Below, piece after piece: positions 59,646 to 64,000 of a stretch of DNA of 64,000 bases; position 1 is the first letter of the stretch, and every line of letters begins with the position of its first letter. The position numbers and the translations under genes are program-made. The notes beneath the pieces are model-generated. The model made no database searches. It was given only the letters and a program-made list of their open reading frames with translations, and was not told where the DNA came from. The stretch comes from Vitrella brassicaformis CCMP3155. Lineage: Eukaryota; Protista; Chromerida. The DNA lies in the NCBI GenBank assembly GCA_001179505.1, contig CDMY01000656.1, positions 1 to 64,000 on the forward strand, read 5' to 3'.

Positions 59646-60467
59646 ATTAGTGTGACTGCGTTGATGACACTAGCTACCCACAAAAACGTGTGGCACACAC
59701 GCACACACACATGGACTGGTTCTTGTCTATCAGTCGTATGTATGGACAAGGGTCATCCTACGGTCAAAAATGGCAAAATGGTGACATTTTTGTTCGGCTG
59801 CGTAGCGTCGTCAGTTTTGCTGACCTGCCCCTCTCTCTTGGCACCAGTGTAGCCCACTCAAGGGTGCATTTGATGCGTTTGTTGGATGGGCCGGGCCATG
59901 CACACAGAGCGAAAGACGGGCCTGCAGAGATGACACTCACACACACAGGGGAGGGAGGGGGTCATTAACAGAAGAGCTTCAGAGAGCACCGCTCGACGGC
60001 TGTGCGTACCCAGTCGGATGCCGCGGTCAATCTGAGGCCCGGGAATCTCCCCTGACGCACTCATGGCTGCGGTGCACATGGGTCACAACACCCCACGCAC
60101 AGAACTCGTGATGTCTGGGAGTGCACACCAAGGCACCGTTCGCAGAGGCCAATGGGCGCATAGCAGAGCCCTCAGCAAGGGAAATCCTCTGACCGCCTAA
60201 GGAGCCTCCGCGTCTTGGCGCAACACGCCCATCTCGAGCTGCACACACAGACAGACACAGACAAAGAGAGAGATGCCAGCTTATGTGATCTTCTGGCTGC
60301 TCCTGGCTGCGTGTGTGGCCTTCCTGAGAGCCTCTCTGCTGCTGATCTGCGCGTTTGGGGCGTGTGCATCTTCCCTTCGCGCACTCTAAGCTCGCATCCG
60401 CTGCGATCGCTGCGGCGAGGCTTTTTCCCATTGCAGGGGGGCGGGGCGGCGGCTGAGGTGCTCATCT

Positions 60468-60491
60468 AAACCCTAATTATGCGTAGGGTTT
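60468..60491 (-). promoter_or_regulatory. Telo-box-like inverted repeat directly before AG|ATG (also 63069-63092)
   Basis: AAACCCTA-cgcataat-TAGGGTTT-AG-ATGAGCACC on the minus strand. Function inferred. Confidence 0.4.
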
Positions 60492-61145
60492 GCGAAATTC
60501 GTGAATGCGCGTGTGCAGCAGCACATGGCACGCATACCCACACACAGGTTTATCGTAGAGAGAAACAGCCGTCTGTGTGTGTGTGCGTGTGTGTGTGCTG
60601 GTCCGTGTCCATGGTGCAGTGACGCGATCGACCGACCGACCGACGCATCCAGGGCCATTAAATAACATCCGTCCGTCCTTCAAATTAGGGTGACTGCGTT
60701 GATGACACTAGCTACCCACAAAAACGTGTGGCACACACGCACACACACATGGACTTAAGACGCACACACACACACGAAGCGCATGAAGGACAAAACGCCC
60801 TAGCATGCAAGAGAGCGGGTGGATGCAGGCCGATCTATAGAGAGAGAGAGAGGGGGGGCTGTGTCTCTCCATGTCTCGATGGATGGATGGATGGATGGAT
60901 AAAGGGAGCACGCGCACGCATGCACAATGGGACACACGAAGGCACGACACGAAGCGATATCGATATGTACATACGACGGTGTGAAGACCAATCAATTGCC
61001 CGATGCAGCGGTGGTAGGTACCAAAAGGACTACAGCTACACACACAGCGACGTTATCTCTTTACACACACACATACACGAAGGAAGCGCACGCGCGACAA
61101 CGAAGGAGACACCACCAATGCGACGCATGCCGCCCACACACACTA

Positions 61146-62520
61146 TCAGGCTCCCATAAGGGCCTTCCGCACACCGACATACGATGAGCCACTCAGCAGC
61201 AGAGACCGGTGGCTGCGCTGGCCCTTGTCGAGCCATGACACTGACACGCCTGCCATCGTCACTGTGGTGCAGTTGGGCTCCTCAAGACAGATGCGCGTCA
61301 GCAGCATGGACACCTCCACCTGATCGATGACACACACACAGGGGGATGAGGGAAGGTTTGCTGCGATGCGCGACTGGCGTGCCCAGGTGGTATCTACCTG
61401 CTCTTGGAATGCCAGTTCGTTCCTGCCATGCAGCCGCCGGCAGGCGACGGACTTGCCGCATGAGACCTCCAGCTGCGTCATGTGGACCTCCATGCCTAAC
61501 CGTCCGATGCGACGGACCTGGCGTGACACACCTGATGGACCCCCCCCCCAACACACACACATGGCGAGAGAGGGTCTCTGTGTGGCGGTAAAGAGCTTAC
61601 TGTCGAAGTCTGTGCCGTGAAGGGCGACGCGCATCTGCATGGCCACTCCATTGACCGGCGCGCCTTTCTCCTTCAGGAACCGCAGATACTGATACATCGC
61701 CTCTCCCTTCCCCTGCACACACACACATACACACACATACACGGAAAGGTGTATGTTCCTCTCATTCCCCTCACCCCTTTGCTTGATTCGATGTGGTGGT
61801 CGCTGATCATGAGCCGTATGGGCGCGTTGCCGGCGGCCTCACGCGCCGCCTTGAAGGCCCTCTCCACCCACCCTGACGGGCCGTAAAGAACCGGGGAATT
61901 CTGTGGGTCCTTCTGCACATTGGAGAGCACTGCACACACACAAGGAGGGAGGGGAGTCCACATACACATATACTTCGTTGATCCCGGCATTCATTCGGGC
62001 GTACCGTCAGCAGCGACATCCATCTGTATGACATGGGGCATCGCGTCAGCGTCAGTATAGCGCCCCACCACCTCTCTCACATGCGTCAAGAGCGCCGCCT
62101 CACGCCGATGATGGTCCTTGCTGGCCCACCCCGGCACCCCTCGCCCCCACGTCACCAGAGGCATGCGCATCTTGAGGCCGAGTTCGGTGGACAGATCGGC
62201 CATTCGGTCGCAGAGGGAGAAGTCGAAGACGCCTTGCTGTGGCTGCAGGACGCCCATTGTGCCTGACAGAGAGACAGACGGATGCTTTGGTGTGGGGGTG
62301 ATTGTCCGTCTGTGTGTGCACATTGTGCAGATGTCGGCAGCAGGTTCGATTCTTCTGCCTGTGTCTGCAGGTAGGTGGGGTCTGTGAGCTGCCGTGGTGA
62401 GGTGACGGCAAAGCCCACATACATCCTCCGCCCATCGGCCAATGCGCGAACGCACACACACACACACACACACAGTAGATGCACGTTTGCGCGCCGCACA
62501 GACACACACACTGGCATGCA
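61146..62520 (-). CDS. GH10 (xylanase-fold) protein with substituted catalytic residues; 5' exons unresolved, possibly to 63066
   Basis: RALADGRRMYVGFAV; QPQQGVFDFSLCDRMA; THVREVVGRY; MDVAAD; WVERAFKAAR..LMISDHHIE; GAPVNGVAMQ; MTQLEV; ICLEEPNC. Confidence 0.78.
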
Positions 62521-63823
62521 GACTGGGGGCGGCACTGAGTGAGAGAAAGACGCCTACAGAACAAAGGTGCAGGCGAGAAGCTGAGTGCGTGTGTTCCAAG
62601 ATAATGTGACAATGGGCTATCAAGCCTTACCAAGCAGAGGGAATGAGGTTGTGTGTGCGGGTCATGAGGGGAATCCCAAGTTGGTCAAAAGGTATCCCAC
62701 CTCGGGAATGACGAAGTAAAGACCATATAGGTCGGTCTTCATCGCAATCGCATCTCCATCACCAGCATACAAAAAGTCTGCTACAGGCCCTTGACGTCCT
62801 TGCCGATTCCTTGAGGTCCTTCATCCTTTTCCTGAGCCGACAAGCGCACAGACAGAGAGAGATGTCAGCTGGAGGGCCTTGTGGCTGCTCCTCGCTTCAT
62901 GTGTGGCCTCTCTATGTGTGAGCCTCTCTGGTGCCCTTTGTGTTTTGGGAAAGGCATGTGCCGTTAGCGACCCCTAGCACCACTCAAGCTCGCAACTGTA
63001 AACGCTCTCTGATTTTGAGGGCTTTTTCCCATCGCAGGGGGTCGGAGCGGCGGCTGAGGTGCTCATCTAAACCCTAATTATGCGTAGGGTTTGCGAAATT
63101 CGTGAATGCGCGTGTGCAGGATTGCGCAGGACTCAAGAAGGCGCCTTCCCACACACGGATGTGCGCAGGGGTGGGCTGTGTGTGCAGAGAGGGAGGGAGG
63201 GGGCGTGCTCTGTCCCTCTCTCTCTCTCTCTCTCTCTCTTTCTGTGTGTGTGTGTGTGCGTGTGTGTGTTTGTGTGTGCTGGTCCGTGTCCATGGTGAAG
63301 TGACGCGACCGACCGACCGGCGGAAGCATCCAGGGCCATTAAATAACATCCGTCCGTCCTTCAAATTAGGGTGACTGCGTTGATGACACTAGCTACCCAC
63401 AAAAACGTGTGGCACACACGCACACACACATGGACTAAAGACACACACGCGCACACACGAAGCGGATGAAGGACAAAACGCCCTAACCTGCAAGAGAGCG
63501 GGTGAATGCAGGCCGATCTATAGAGAGAGAGGGAGAGAGGGGATGTGTCCCTCCATGTCTCGATGGATGGATGGATGGATAAAGGGAGCACGCGCACGCA
63601 TGCACAATGGGACACACGAAGGCACGACACGAAGCGATATCGATATCTACAGACGACGGTGTGAAGACCAATCAATTGCCCGATGCAGCGGTGGTAGGTA
63701 CCAAAAGGACTACAGCTACACACACGGCGATGTTTTCTCTACACACACACATACACGAAGGAAGCGCACGCGCGACAACGAAGGAGACAACACCAATGCG
63801 ACGCATGAGCCCCACACACACTA

Positions 63824-64000
63824 TCAGGCTCCCATGAGGGCCTTCCGCACACCGACATACGATGAGCCACTCAGCAGCAGAGACCGGTGGCTGCGCTGGC
63901 CCTTGTCGAGCCATGACACTGACACGCCTCCCATCGTCACTGTGGTGCAGTTGGGCTCCTCAAGACAGATGCGCGTCAGCAGCATGGACACCTCCACCTG
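63824..64000 (-). CDS. 3' end of a second GH10-like copy (continues beyond the window)
   Basis: Nearly identical to 61146-61322 (QVEVSMLLTRICLEEPNCTTVTMGG..ALMGA*). Confidence 0.8.
   Translation of the reverse strand, partial: QVEVSMLLTRICLEEPNCTTVTMGGVSVSWLDKGQRSHRSLLLSGSSYVGVRKALMGA

Larger units (their letters stand above)
60466..64000 (-). repeat. Tandem unit of ~2.6-2.7 kb (60466-~61330 repeated at 63067-64000); partial further copies at 59608-59720 and ~60215-60465
   Basis: ctaaaccctaattatgcgtagggtttg at 60466 and 63067; GH10-like stop codons at 61146 and 63824. Confidence 0.9.

Noticed and set aside
60466-60491. Interstitial telomere array or Helitron 3' end
   Set aside because: Only ~1.5 repeat units; no CTRR terminus or Rep/helicase seen. 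Kept only as a motif finding.
1-64000. Numerous ORFs rich in CV/HT/DR/MDGW runs, and rRNA/tRNA/SL-RNA genes
   Set aside because: The ORFs are translations of intronic microsatellites; no structural RNA gene was recognisable by eye (tRNAscan/Infernal not run).

Overview
Eukaryotic, GC-rich, intron-dense genomic DNA with introns full of (GT/CA)n, (GATG)n, (GACA)n and (GA)n microsatellites and five ~300-N assembly gaps. The gene set (RAP-domain protein, SLC43/ApiAT-like transporter, proteins with signal+transit peptides, ABC1 kinase) points to a chromerid alveolate such as Vitrella; this is inference, not a database result. Left end: an apparently intact single-ORF non-LTR retrotransposon (RT + CCHC + restriction-like endonuclease, CRE-like) with two RING-like fingers, an OTU-like cysteine protease and a charged single-helix repeat at its N-terminus. 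Middle: spliced genes (CysQ-like phosphatase, SLC43-like transporter, GIY-YIG protein, helical-repeat+RING E3, GH18 chitinase, GT14-like glycosyltransferase, cytidylate kinase, cyclin, NOXRED1/P5CR-like, MORN, F-box-like, ABC1 kinase, RAP protein). Right end (52.4-64 kb) is rearranged: an inverted copy of the chitinase+RING block flanked by a ~35-bp direct repeat, a third RING fragment, and a ~2.6-kb tandem unit carrying a GH10 xylanase-like gene whose catalytic residues are replaced. Coordinates of spliced genes are hand-assembled from ORF fragments and GT/AG sites; ends are approximate.
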